A stretch of DNA of 64,000 nt from Candidatus Latescibacterota bacterium (GCA_965248355.1 OZ252098.1:4288001-4352000), one strand, 5' to 3'; shown: positions 30,279-40,251, numbered from the stretch's first letter. Notes: generated from the letters alone by a model not told the origin. Numbers and translations: made by a program.

Positions 30279-31633
30279 GGTTGCGTCAGGACCCGTCTGA
30301 CCTCGGTGGCCACCAGGACCTGAATCTCCCCTTCGTGGAACTGCTGCTCGGTATAGAGCCGGCTCCCCGGTTCGTCCCGTGAGCCCGGCCGCATGCCGCC
30401 GTGGATGCAGCCGGTGCGAAAGCCCCAGGCCTTCAGGTGCGCCAAGAGGTGGTCGAGCGTGTCCTTGAACTCGGTGAAGAGCAGCAACCGCTGGTCGGGG
30501 CGGTCGAAGAACCCCTCCTCCTGCATGATCTCCCGGAGATGACCCAGTTTCGCCTGGCTTCCGGAGGTCTCGACGGCGTTCGCCTCTGACCGCCTCCAGC
30601 ATCCTCTCCAGCGGTTCGCGTTCGGCGTCCTCCAGTTCCTCGAGTTCCTCCAAGGCGGGGAGGTCCGGCGGAGCAGTCCGCACCATTTCCTGGGCTCGCT
30701 CGAGGCCCTCCTCCAGGCGCCGGGCCCGGTTCTCCAGCGACCGCCGCAGGGCATAGGTGCTGGAGGCGAGACGCCGCTGGTACAGGGACATGAGAAAACC
30801 GACGGCGCGCGCCCTTGGGTCGTCGCCCTGGGCCGCGGCGCGGGCGCACTGCCGTTTGACGAAGCTCGCTGTTCCATGGCCCCGCGGATGGACTTCACGT
30901 CGGCGTAAGCGTCACGGTCCAGGAGCTGCAGGAAGAGGGTGAAGTTCTGCGGGTCTCCCTTGTGCGGCGTGGCGGTCAGCAGCAGCAGGTGATCGGCGTT
31001 GTCGCGCAGCAGTTCTCCGAGCCGGTAGCGCTGGCTCTTGTGGGTCTCGTCGCGCGCCGACATGCGGTGCGCCTCGTCCACGATGACCAGGTCCCAGTGG
31101 ACCTGTTGCAGCCCCGGCAGGATCTCGGTGCGCTTGGCCAGGTCCAGCGAGGTGATGATCTGCTTCTGCTCCATCCACTGGTTGACGCCGAACTGATCGC
31201 GGATGTCGCTGCCCTTCAGCACGAGGAACCTCTCGTCGAACTTCTCCTTCAGCTCGCGCTGCCACTGGAACGCGAGGAAACGGACGCTGGGCAGCTTGAG
31301 AAGGTGGTCGTAGACCGCTTCGAGCTGGTGGGGCAGGGGGTCCACGCGCGAGAGGGAAAGCCCGAAATAGGGGTCGAACTCGTAGGCGATTCCGAGCGCG
31401 TAGGCCTGGAGGCCGAGGCGCAGGAGCCGCCCGTCGCCGTCGAAGGAAGGAGCGGAGTCGGCGATGGTCAGGCTGGAGAGGTCGTGGGAGGTGAGCGTGA
31501 CCTGGCGGAACCGCTCGGACTGCTGGCCCACGAGGCCGGCGATCCAGAGGCCGGGACCGTTGGAGCCGACGGTCACCACCCGCATGGGCTCGCTGAACAG
31601 GGGGCCGGTCAGCACCTGGCCTTCGCGGATCAT
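30275..31633 (-). pseudogene. SNF2-family helicase with several internal deletions
   Basis: DPLPHQLEAVY, VDEAHRM, LTATPHKG, LFTEFKDTL, LVATE; Walker A absent, middle segment out of frame, C-terminus absent. Confidence 0.85.
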
Positions 31634-31644
31634 GGTGTCAGGGG

Positions 31645-31887
31645 TCAAGGCAGGATCTTCTCGAGCCCGGCGTCGGTCAATCCGCTGGCGGCCGCTTCTG
31701 CTCCCAGGCTGTCCATGGTCGCCGTCAAGCGCGACCATGCGGCGCCTTGCAGCCGTTCGTAATGCTCCATGGACATCACGACGGCGACCGCGCGGCCCTT
31801 CCTGGTGACGCACACAGGTTCGCCTTGAGCGGCACCGAGCAGTCCGCCGAATCGGTTCCTGGCTTCTCTGGCGGCGATCTCTCTCAT
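31645..31887 (-). CDS. Phd/YefM antitoxin (no adjacent toxin)
   Basis: AREARNRFGGLL...PVCVTRKGRAVAVVMS. Confidence 0.85.
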   Translation of the reverse strand: MREIAAREARNRFGGLLGAAQGEPVCVTRKGRAVAVVMSMEHYERLQGAAWSRLTATMDSLGAEAAASGLTDAGLEKILP

Positions 31888-31920
31888 AGGCGAATACAAC
31901 ACTAAGGACCGGTCGGACCG

Positions 31921-32433
31921 TCAAGCCCCCGCGAAACCCTCCATGTCCGGATCGATGGCCAGGCCCCGCTCCTCGTCGAAGTCGATGTCGATGGAGTGGG
32001 TCTGGTAGTCCTGGTTCCCCCGGGCCGTGTGGTAGACCTCGGTCCCCTCCAGGCAGATGGGCATGGTGTGCCACACCTCCAGGCCCAGGCAGACGCCGAG
32101 GCGGCCGTCCGAGTAGAAGGCGCGCAGGTCCTCGGGGTTCAGGCTCGGGCTCGGCGCGGCCACGAGAAAGACGCTGGGGCAGTGCCGGGTCGGGTAGAAG
32201 GACTGGCCGGCGTCGTCGTGGCAGGCGAAGTGGGCGCGCAGCCGGCCCTCCGAGAGGGACAGCTTCTCCGGGGGCGGATCGGAGACCTCCGCCGTCACCG
32301 TGTACTCGTGCTCGGTGAGTCCGCCCACCCGCACCTCGGGCCGTGTCTCGTCGCAGGTCCTGATGACGCTACCGAAGGGTTCGAAGGCGGCGGGCGTGAG
32401 GGGCTCGACGGGGACCTTGAAGATCTTCAGCAT
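31921..32433 (-). CDS. Ureidoglycolate lyase-like cupin
   Basis: VEPLTPAAFEPFG, QSFYP, LRAF, VWH. Confidence 0.7.
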   Translation of the reverse strand: MLKIFKVPVEPLTPAAFEPFGSVIRTCDETRPEVRVGGLTEHEYTVTAEVSDPPPEKLSLSEGRLRAHFACHDDAGQSFYPTRHCPSVFLVAAPSPSLNPEDLRAFYSDGRLGVCLGLEVWHTMPICLEGTEVYHTARGNQDYQTHSIDIDFDEERGLAIDPDMEGFAGA

Positions 32434-32572
32434 GGGGAATCCTCCCGGAGGGTCATGGGATCGGTGCTGCCTGGGGTCGGCGGAACCCGCTGAGCGCCGT
32501 CCTGCTCAGCGGCCTGCGCTGCCTGCCGTTGGCGGCCCCTCCAAACTCCAGCGTGCGGGAAGCCGCTCTTGC

Positions 32573-33292
32573 TCAGCGGACCCGGTTCCGCCGCCACTCC
32601 TCGAACTCGCGCAGCCGCTCCTCGTCGAGCGGGTAGGTGCCGTGGAGGGGGGCGCCGGCGCGGATCTTCCCGGTGATGAACTCCTCCTGCAGCTCCTGCC
32701 TCTCGGCGGCGTCGGCCACCTCGTCCGCCAGGTGGGCGGGGATCACCACCACGCCCTCGCCGTCGCCCACGACCACGTCGCCGGGGAAGACGGCCACCCC
32801 GCCGCAGGCCACGGGCACCTGGATCTCGCTCGGGTAGTGGATGGTCTTGTTCGTGTGGGCGTTCATGGCGCGGGCGTAGGCCGGGAAGCCGCTGGCGGCG
32901 ATGGCGGGGCTGTCGCGGTAGGCGCCGTCGGTCACCACCCCGGCGGCCCCGAAGCGGACCATTCTCGCGGCGAGGATCGAGCCCATGGTGCCGGCCCGGG
33001 TGTCGCCGCGGGCGTCGATGACGAGCACGTCCCCGGTCTGCATCTGCTCGATGCCGACCCGCTGCTTGTCGGTGAGGTTGTCCATGGGCACGTCCACCAG
33101 GTCCTCCCGGGCCGGGATGTAGCGCAGGGTGAAGGCGCGCCCCGCCAGGCTCGTGTCCGGCCTCAGGGGCGCCACCTCGTGGAGGAAGGTGTTGCCCAGG
33201 CCGTGGCCCTTCAGCACCGATGTCAGGGTCGCCGTGCTCGGGACGCGCAACCGGTCCAGGGTCTCCTGCGTGACCTGCGTCATCTCGTCCAT
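32573..33292 (-). CDS. RraA/HMG aldolase family protein
   Basis: AGRAFTLRYIP, GDVLVID, VTDGAYRD, VFPGDVVVGDGEGVVVIP. Confidence 0.88.
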   Translation of the reverse strand: MDEMTQVTQETLDRLRVPSTATLTSVLKGHGLGNTFLHEVAPLRPDTSLAGRAFTLRYIPAREDLVDVPMDNLTDKQRVGIEQMQTGDVLVIDARGDTRAGTMGSILAARMVRFGAAGVVTDGAYRDSPAIAASGFPAYARAMNAHTNKTIHYPSEIQVPVACGGVAVFPGDVVVGDGEGVVVIPAHLADEVADAAERQELQEEFITGKIRAGAPLHGTYPLDEERLREFEEWRRNRVR

Positions 33293-34347
33293 CAGCGGAT
33301 GCGGCCCCGGGCCTCGACGGGCCAGACGGCCTCCACCTGGCCGCCGCGCACGGCGGCGATCTCGTCGTGCTCGTTGAAGGTCGGGCACGGGTGGACGGGG
33401 ATGATCTGCACGCGCTCGCCGATCCGCGGCTTCGGATCGCAGGCCGACACGTCCAGGTGGCCGTGCTCCTCGGAGGCGCCCGACAGCCGCGCCTCGGGGT
33501 ACTCGACGACGTGGCCCAGGAGGCCGCCGCCTTCGTCGTGGTGCACGGCCAGGCTCAGGGACTTGCTGCCGGCGTCGAGGATGGCGCGGTCGGCCGTGGG
33601 GCGGCTGACCACGGTGGTCAGCACCCGCCCCGCGCACTGCTCCACGGTGTGGGTGCCCACCTGCAGGTGCTTCATGCCTCCCACGGGATACTCGCCGGCG
33701 CGGTGCTCGGTCAGCTCCGGGACCTCGTGGGCCGTCCACATGCAGGGGGAGGCGCCGCCGCTGACGATGGGGTGGGGCAGGCCCCGGGCGCCGAAGCCGC
33801 CCAGGACCGCCTGCAGGAGGGGCCGGCAGGAGGGCGGCGAGGGCATGATCATGATGCCGCGCAGCTCCAGGCCCGGCAGGGAGTCGATGAGGGCCGCCAG
33901 CTCGGCGATGTCGGCGGGCGTCTCCACGCCCGTGCGGCCCTGCCCCAGCTCGACCACCACGCCCACGCAGGTGCCGGCGGCGTGGGTGGCCTCCGACAGG
34001 CCGCGGACGGTGTACTCGGAGTCGGCGGCCACCGTCAGCCGCGTCCGGGGCGCCAGGGCGGTGAGCCGCTCCAGCTTGATCCTCCCCACGATGTTGTAGG
34101 GGATCAGGACGTCGCGGTCGACGCCGCCGTCGACCATGACCTCGGCCTCGCCGAGCTTCTGGCAGACGATGCCCATGGCGCCGCGGTCCATCTGCATGCG
34201 GGCGATGGCCAGGCACTTGTGGGTCTTGATGTGGGGCCGCAGGCCGACGCCGTGCTCATCGCAGTAGGCCTGGGCGCGGTCGAGGTTCTCCTCCAGGGCG
34301 TCGAGGTGAACGAGCAGGAAGGGGGTGTCGAGGTCGTCGATGTGCAT
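33292..34347 (-). CDS. D-threonine aldolase/DSD1-like fold III PLP enzyme
   Basis: LRPHIKTHK, QKLGEAE, LDAGSKSL, SEEHG, PVHPC. Confidence 0.88.
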   Translation of the reverse strand: MHIDDLDTPFLLVHLDALEENLDRAQAYCDEHGVGLRPHIKTHKCLAIARMQMDRGAMGIVCQKLGEAEVMVDGGVDRDVLIPYNIVGRIKLERLTALAPRTRLTVAADSEYTVRGLSEATHAAGTCVGVVVELGQGRTGVETPADIAELAALIDSLPGLELRGIMIMPSPPSCRPLLQAVLGGFGARGLPHPIVSGGASPCMWTAHEVPELTEHRAGEYPVGGMKHLQVGTHTVEQCAGRVLTTVVSRPTADRAILDAGSKSLSLAVHHDEGGGLLGHVVEYPEARLSGASEEHGHLDVSACDPKPRIGERVQIIPVHPCPTFNEHDEIAAVRGGQVEAVWPVEARGRIR

Positions 34348-34448
34348 GGGCGCTCCGTTCCGGAAGGGGGGCTCACGATAGACCGGGCCGGCTCGGAGCG
34401 TCAAGGCGCCTCTTGCCGGCGGCGGACCGGCCTGCCTAGCATGGCGCC

Positions 34449-34997
34449 ATGCCCCTGAACCTGCACTCCGGCGAGCCCGCCGCCTTCCTCTGCGCGGTCA
34501 TGGCCCGCGGCGACGACGGCGTGGACGAGGCCGTGGCCGACCTGTCCGCGCGCTTCGGAGAGGTCCGGGCCCGAAGCCCGGTGTGGGCCTTTGACATGAG
34601 CGGCTACTACGAGGACGAGATGGGACCGGGGCTGGCGAAGGGGCTCGTGTGGCTGGGCGATCCCATCGACCCGGAGAGGCTGGCCGGGCGCAAGCGGCAG
34701 ACCCTCGCCTTCGAGCGGGAGCGCGCGGTGGAGGGCGCCGGGGGGGATCTGCGGCGCAGCGTGAACGTCGACCCGGGACTGCTGTCGGAGGAGAGTCTGG
34801 TGCTGGCCACGACCAAGGCCAGCGGCCACCGCGTGGCCATCGGCACCGGCCTGTGGGCGGAGGTCACCCTGCGCTTCGAGCGGGGCGAGTACCGGCCGCT
34901 GCCGTGGACCTATCCGGACTACCGGGGGCCGGAGGTGCGGGAGTTCCTGCTGGGGGTGCGGCGCCGGCTGCGGGAGCTGCGCCGGGCGGCCAGCTAG
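34449..34997 (+). CDS. DUF4416 family protein
   Basis: YYEDEMG, VNVDPG, LATTK..HR, LPWTYPDY. Confidence 0.85.
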   Translation: MPLNLHSGEPAAFLCAVMARGDDGVDEAVADLSARFGEVRARSPVWAFDMSGYYEDEMGPGLAKGLVWLGDPIDPERLAGRKRQTLAFERERAVEGAGGDLRRSVNVDPGLLSEESLVLATTKASGHRVAIGTGLWAEVTLRFERGEYRPLPWTYPDYRGPEVREFLLGVRRRLRELRRAAS

Positions 34998-35311
34998 GGG
35001 TGGGGCGCCATGAAGACGAGCACCACGAGGCGGCCGTCGCTCGAGTTCGTCACGCCGTGGTCCTCACCCGGCGGGCAGAGCACCGCCCAGCCGGCGTCGA
35101 GCTCGCGGGACTCGCCGCCCACGGTGAAGGTGCCCCGGCCCTCGAGGACGCAGTAGATCTTGTCGTTGTCGTCGTGGCTGTGGAGGGCCTGCTCCTGGCC
35201 CGGCTCGAAGCAGTAGATGTCGCAGAACATCCTCTCCGATTCGAAGAGGTTCACCTTCCGGAACTTCTCCCCGGAAAAGGCCCGTTCGTCCTGCCAGCGC
35301 CTGGCTTCCAT
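34994..35311 (-). CDS. Cupin_2 domain protein
   Basis: PGQEQALHSH, LEGRG, PGEDHGVTN. Confidence 0.85.
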   Translation of the reverse strand: MEARRWQDERAFSGEKFRKVNLFESERMFCDIYCFEPGQEQALHSHDDNDKIYCVLEGRGTFTVGGESRELDAGWAVLCPPGEDHGVTNSSDGRLVVLVFMAPHP

Positions 35312-35319
35312 TCTCGGCC

Positions 35320-36450
35320 TCAGCGGTCCGCCAGGGGCCGGAAGGCCCTGGCCTCGGGACCGGTGTAGATGTGGCTCGGGCGGATCAGGCGGTTGTTCTC
35401 CTGCTGCTCGATGACGTGGGCCGACCAGCCGGCGACTCGGCTGGCCACGAAGATCGGCGTGTACAGCGGGATGGGCAGCCCCATCGTGTAGTAGGTCCAG
35501 CCCACGGGGAAGTCGACGTTGGGGAAGATCCCCTTCTCGGAGAGCATCGTCTCCTCCACGGCCTCGGCGATGCGCAGCCAGCGGCTCTCCCCGGTGGCAG
35601 CGGCCACCCGGCGCCCCTCCGCCTTCATGGCCGGCACCCGCGAGTCCCCGCTCTTGTACTCGCGGTGGCCGAAGCCCATGATCAGGCGCTTTTCCGCCAG
35701 CGCCTCCAGCACCCACGGCCGCGCCCGCTCCGGCTCGCCGATCTCCAGCATCATCTCCATGGCCGCCTCGTTGGCCCCGCCGTGGAGGGGGCCCATGAGC
35801 GCGGCGATGCCCGCCGTGACCGCGGCGTGCAGGTCGGCCAGGGTCGAGGCCGCCACCCTCGCGGCGAAGGAGGAGGCGTTGAAGCCGTGCTCGGCGTAGA
35901 GCATGAGGGAGACGTCCGTGGCGCGCACGGCGTGCTCGGCCGGGGGGCGGCCGTCGATCATGTGGAGCAGGTTGGCGGCGTGGCCCAGCGCCGGGTCGGG
36001 GGGCACCGGCTCCAGGCCGCGGGCGCATCGGTGAGCGGAGGTGAGGATCGTGGGGATCTTGGCCAGCAGGCGCTCGGCCTTGCGCAGGGTGGCTTCGCGG
36101 CCGATGTCGCGCGCCTCGGGGTCGGTCAGGCCCAGGGCGGAGACCGCCGAGCGCAGCACCGCCATGGAGTGCGCTTCGGCCGGGGTCTTGCGCAGCAGGT
36201 CCTCGACCACCGGCGGCAGGCCGCGCTCGGCGCGCAGTCGGGCCTGGAAGTCGCCGAGCTGTCGGGCCGTGGGCAGATCGCCGTAGAGCAGCAGCCAGGC
36301 CACCTCCTCGAAGACGGCCCGGTCCGTGAGCTCCACGAGGTCGTAGCCCCGCAGGATCAGCCGGTTGCGCTCGAAGTCGATCCGTGAGATGGCCGACTCG
36401 CCGGCGATGACGCCGGCCAGGCCCGGGCTGTACTCCGGCCGCTCGGTCAT
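35320..36450 (-). CDS. prpC: 2-methylcitrate/citrate synthase
   Basis: YAEHGFNASSF, GPLHGGANE, MGFGHR, PNVDF; adjacent to prpB. Confidence 0.88.
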   Translation of the reverse strand: MTERPEYSPGLAGVIAGESAISRIDFERNRLILRGYDLVELTDRAVFEEVAWLLLYGDLPTARQLGDFQARLRAERGLPPVVEDLLRKTPAEAHSMAVLRSAVSALGLTDPEARDIGREATLRKAERLLAKIPTILTSAHRCARGLEPVPPDPALGHAANLLHMIDGRPPAEHAVRATDVSLMLYAEHGFNASSFAARVAASTLADLHAAVTAGIAALMGPLHGGANEAAMEMMLEIGEPERARPWVLEALAEKRLIMGFGHREYKSGDSRVPAMKAEGRRVAAATGESRWLRIAEAVEETMLSEKGIFPNVDFPVGWTYYTMGLPIPLYTPIFVASRVAGWSAHVIEQQENNRLIRPSHIYTGPEARAFRPLADR

Positions 36451-37343
36451 TCCCGCCCCCTGCCGGCCAGCCGCCGGTCCATGGCCTCGTATTCGGAGTA
36501 GCGCAGCAGCTCGTAGAGCTCCTCCCGCGTCTGCATGCGGTCGAGCCAGGCCGCCGGCGAGCCCTGGTCGCGGATCTCGGTGAGCACCCCTTCCACGGCC
36601 TTCATCATGACCCGGAAGGTCGTCATGGGGAAGATGACCATGGCGTAGCCGAGGTCGGAGAACTGCCGCGCCGTGAGGGTTGGCGTCCTGCCGAACTCGG
36701 TCATGTTGGCCAGCAGCGGTCCCGGCACCCGCTCGGCGTAGCGGCCGAACTCCTCCTCTGTCCGCAGGGCCTCGATGAAGACCGCGTCGGCGCCGGCCTC
36801 CCGGTAGCGGCGTCCGCGCTCGACGCTGGCCTCGAAGCCTTCCACGGCGCGGGCGTCGGTGCGCGCCACCAGCAGGAAGTCGGGGTTCTGCCGCGCTTCC
36901 CCCGCGGCGGCGAGCTTGCGCTCCATGTCGGCCGTGGAGACCAGCCGCTTGCCGTCGAGGTGGCCGCAGCGCTTGGGCATCACCTGGTCCTCGAGGTGGA
37001 TGCCGGCCACGCCCGCGGCTTCGAAGCGGCGCACCGTGCGCATGACCTGCAGGGCCTCGCCGAACCCGGTGTCGGCGTCGCACAGGGCGGGCACATTCAC
37101 GGCGTCGGCGATGGGGCCCGCGGCGCCCGCCACCTGCTCCATGCCGAGGAGGGCGATGTCGGGGTAGCCGGCGCCGTTGATCAGCCCCGCGCCGGAGATG
37201 TACACGGCCTCGAAGCCCAGCTTCTCGGCGAGCATGGCCACCGGCGCGTTGAAGCACCCCGGCATCACCACCGTGCCGGCCGCGAGGGCCCGGCGCAGGG
37301 CGGCGGCCTTGTCCGGAGGCGGGGTGCGCTGGGAGAGGAGCAT
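36447..37343 (-). CDS. prpB: 2-methylisocitrate lyase
   Basis: DADTGFG, EDQVMPKRCGHL, ANMTEFG. Confidence 0.92.
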   Translation of the reverse strand: MLLSQRTPPPDKAAALRRALAAGTVVMPGCFNAPVAMLAEKLGFEAVYISGAGLINGAGYPDIALLGMEQVAGAAGPIADAVNVPALCDADTGFGEALQVMRTVRRFEAAGVAGIHLEDQVMPKRCGHLDGKRLVSTADMERKLAAAGEARQNPDFLLVARTDARAVEGFEASVERGRRYREAGADAVFIEALRTEEEFGRYAERVPGPLLANMTEFGRTPTLTARQFSDLGYAMVIFPMTTFRVMMKAVEGVLTEIRDQGSPAAWLDRMQTREELYELLRYSEYEAMDRRLAGRGRE

Positions 37344-37350
37344 GAGGGCC

Positions 37351-38628
37351 TCAGAGGCGGATGGTGGCGCCGCGGTCGGGGCCCACGGAGATCAGGCTCA
37401 CCGGCGTGCGGCTCAGTTGCTCGATGCGGCGCACGTAGGCGCGGGCCCCGGGGGGCAGGTCGTGGAAGGTGCGGGCGCCGGTGGTGGGCGCCAACCAGCC
37501 GTCGACCTCTTCGTATATGGGCTCGCACTTGTCGAGGATGCGCGGGTCCGCCGGGAACTCCTCCAGCAACTGGTCGCCGTGCCGGTAGGCCGTGCACAGC
37601 TTGAGGCGCTCCACCGGGTCGAGGATGTCGAGGCGGGTGAGGGCGAGGCCCGTCAGGCCGTTGACCCGCCCGGCCATGCGGGCGATGGTGGCGTCGAACC
37701 AGCCGCAGCGCCGGGCGCGGCCCGTGGTGGCGCCGTATTCCTGGCCGAGCTCGCGGATGCGCTCCCCCTCGTCGTCGAGCAGCTCCGTCGGGAAGGGTCC
37801 GTTGCCGACGCGGGTCATGTAGGCCTTGGTGACGCCGATGGTCTCGTCGATCCGGGTCGGTCCCACGCCGGTCCCGGTGCAGGCGCCGCCGGCGGTGGTG
37901 TTGGAGGAGGTCACGTAGGGGTAGGTGCCGTGGTCGATGTCGAGGAGGGTGCCCTGAGCGCCTTCGAACAGCACCCGGCGGCCCTCGTCGAGGGCGCGGT
38001 TGAGGTAGACGGAGGTGTCGTCCACGTAGGGCCGGAGCCGGTCGGAGAACCCCAGGGTGTGGCGGACCACCTCCTCCACGTCGAGAGGCGGCGCCCCGTA
38101 GATGCCGGTGAGCATGTCGTTGGCGGCCCGGACCGCGGCGCGCAGCCGGTCGCGCAGGCCGGCGTCGAGCAGGTCCATCACCCGCAGGGCGTGGCCCCGG
38201 TCGACCTTGTCGCGGTAGGCGGGGCCGATGCCGCGGGCCGTGGTGCCGATGGCGCCGGCGCCGAGGCTCTCCTCGGAGGCGCGGTCGAGGGCCTTGTGGT
38301 AGGGCAGGACGAGGTGGGCGCAGCCGCTGACGCGCAGGCGTCCGGGCGGCACCGCCCGCCCCCGCCCGGCGAGCTCGTCCAGCTCGGAGAACAGGGACTC
38401 CGGATCGAGGACGACGCCGTTGCCGATGACGCAGACGGCGGGCTCGTTCAGGACGCCCACGGGCAGGGTGTGGAAGATCCAGGTCTCTCCCTCCACCTCG
38501 ACCGTGTGACCGGCGTTGGCGCCTCCCTGGAAACGCACGACCACGTCGGCCCCGGCGGCGAGATAGTCGACGATCTTGGCCTTGCCTTCATCGCCCCACT
38601 GGGCTCCCAGGACGACGGTTGCGGGCAT
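37351..38628 (-). CDS. purA: Adenylosuccinate synthase
   Basis: GAQWGDEGK, GGANAGHT, GTYPYVTSS. Confidence 0.97.
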   Translation of the reverse strand: MPATVVLGAQWGDEGKAKIVDYLAAGADVVVRFQGGANAGHTVEVEGETWIFHTLPVGVLNEPAVCVIGNGVVLDPESLFSELDELAGRGRAVPPGRLRVSGCAHLVLPYHKALDRASEESLGAGAIGTTARGIGPAYRDKVDRGHALRVMDLLDAGLRDRLRAAVRAANDMLTGIYGAPPLDVEEVVRHTLGFSDRLRPYVDDTSVYLNRALDEGRRVLFEGAQGTLLDIDHGTYPYVTSSNTTAGGACTGTGVGPTRIDETIGVTKAYMTRVGNGPFPTELLDDEGERIRELGQEYGATTGRARRCGWFDATIARMAGRVNGLTGLALTRLDILDPVERLKLCTAYRHGDQLLEEFPADPRILDKCEPIYEEVDGWLAPTTGARTFHDLPPGARAYVRRIEQLSRTPVSLISVGPDRGATIRL

Positions 38629-38658
38629 CTTCGGTTCTCCTAGAGTGCTAAAGGCGGT

Positions 38659-40251
38659 TCACAGGCTCACGAGGCGAGCCCAGGTGATGTGGGGATCGGT
38701 GAGGATCTCTTCGATCACGGGTTCGGGCACCGGGCTGTCGACGTTGAGCACCGTCAGCGCGCGGCCCCCGACGTGGTGGCGGCCGCAGGCCATGCGGGCG
38801 ATGTTGATCCGCCGCCGGCCCATGGTGCTGCCGATGCGGCCGATGATCCCCGGCACGTCGTCGTTGACGTAGAACAGCATATGTCCCTCGGGGACGGCGT
38901 CCAGGTCGTACTCGTCGACGCGCACGATGCGCGGGTTCTGGCGGCCGAAGAGGGTGCCTGCCAGCACCCGGCGGCCGCCTCCCTCGAACTCGAGGATCAC
39001 CGTCAGCAGGCTGGCGTAGTCCTCGGCGTCGCTGCTCTGCAGCTCGGCGATGCGGATGCCGCGCTCCTGGGCGACCATGCGGGCGTTGACGAGGTTCACC
39101 GTGCCCTCTTCGGCGAAGCTCTCCATCAGCCCCTGCAGCACCGCCGAGGTCAGGGGCGGCGTGGGGTAGGCCGTGATCTCGCCGCGGTACTCCACGGTGA
39201 TGCGCCGCAGGCGGTCCTCCTTCGCCAGTTGGGCGTGGATGCGGCCGAGGCGCTCGCCCAGCTCCAGATGGGGGCGCAGCTTCTCGTAGGCCTCGGGATC
39301 GAGGGAGGGGACGTTCACGGCGTTGTGAATCGCCCCGCCCACCAGCACCTCCCGCACCTGCTCCGCCACCTGGAGAGCGACGCTGCTCTGCGCCTCCCGC
39401 GTCGCCGCCGCCAGGTGGGGCGTGCAGATGACGCGCTCGTGGGCCACCAGCCGCGAACCGGGCGGCGGCGGCTCGCTCTCGTACACGTCCAGGGCCGCCC
39501 CGGCCACCCGGCCCGAGTCGAGAGCCTCGAGGAGGGCCTCCTCGTCGACGATGCCGCCGCGGGCGCAGTTGATGACGCGCACGCCGTCGCGGCACAGGGC
39601 CAGCTCGCGCGCCGACAGCCGGTGCCGGGTCTGCGGCGTCAGGGGCACGTGGAAGGTCAGGAAGTCCGCCTCCCGCCAGATCTGCTCCTCCGGGGCCAGC
39701 TGGGCGCCGTAGGACCGGGCCACCTCCTCGGTGACGGGGGGATCGAAGGCCAGCACCCGCAGGCCCAGGGCGGCGGCCCGCTGGGCCACCTCGCGGCCTA
39801 CCTGGCCGAGGCCGAAGACGCCGATCGTCTTGCCCGCCAGCTCGACCCCGGTGAGGGCGCTGGGCTCCCAGCGGCCGGCCTTCATCGAGGCCGTCCCCTG
39901 GGGGAGGTTGCGCGCCAGGGCCAGGATCATGGCCACCGTGTGCTCCGCCGTGCTCACCGAGTTCCCCCCGGGGGTGTTCATCACCACGATCCCGCGGCGG
40001 GTGGCTGCGTCCACGTCGATGTTGTCGACCCCCGCCCCGGCCCGGCCGATGGCGCGCATGCGCCGCGCCCGGCGGATGACCTCCCCCGTCACCCGCGTGG
40101 CGCTGCGCACGATGAGCCCGTCGTAGGCTTCGATGCGCTCCAGCAGCTCCCCGGGCGACAGTCCGGTGCTCACCTCGGCCTCGATGCGTCCGCCGGCCTG
40201 CAGCACGTCGACGCAGCCGGGATCGACGCGGTCGCTGATCAGGACTCTCAT
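38659..40251 (-). CDS. serA: D-3-phosphoglycerate dehydrogenase (ASB and ACT domains)
   Basis: RAGAGVDNID, NCARGG, TPHL; C-terminal ACT domain. Confidence 0.95.
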   Translation of the reverse strand: MRVLISDRVDPGCVDVLQAGGRIEAEVSTGLSPGELLERIEAYDGLIVRSATRVTGEVIRRARRMRAIGRAGAGVDNIDVDAATRRGIVVMNTPGGNSVSTAEHTVAMILALARNLPQGTASMKAGRWEPSALTGVELAGKTIGVFGLGQVGREVAQRAAALGLRVLAFDPPVTEEVARSYGAQLAPEEQIWREADFLTFHVPLTPQTRHRLSARELALCRDGVRVINCARGGIVDEEALLEALDSGRVAGAALDVYESEPPPPGSRLVAHERVICTPHLAAATREAQSSVALQVAEQVREVLVGGAIHNAVNVPSLDPEAYEKLRPHLELGERLGRIHAQLAKEDRLRRITVEYRGEITAYPTPPLTSAVLQGLMESFAEEGTVNLVNARMVAQERGIRIAELQSSDAEDYASLLTVILEFEGGGRRVLAGTLFGRQNPRIVRVDEYDLDAVPEGHMLFYVNDDVPGIIGRIGSTMGRRRINIARMACGRHHVGGRALTVLNVDSPVPEPVIEEILTDPHITWARLVSL

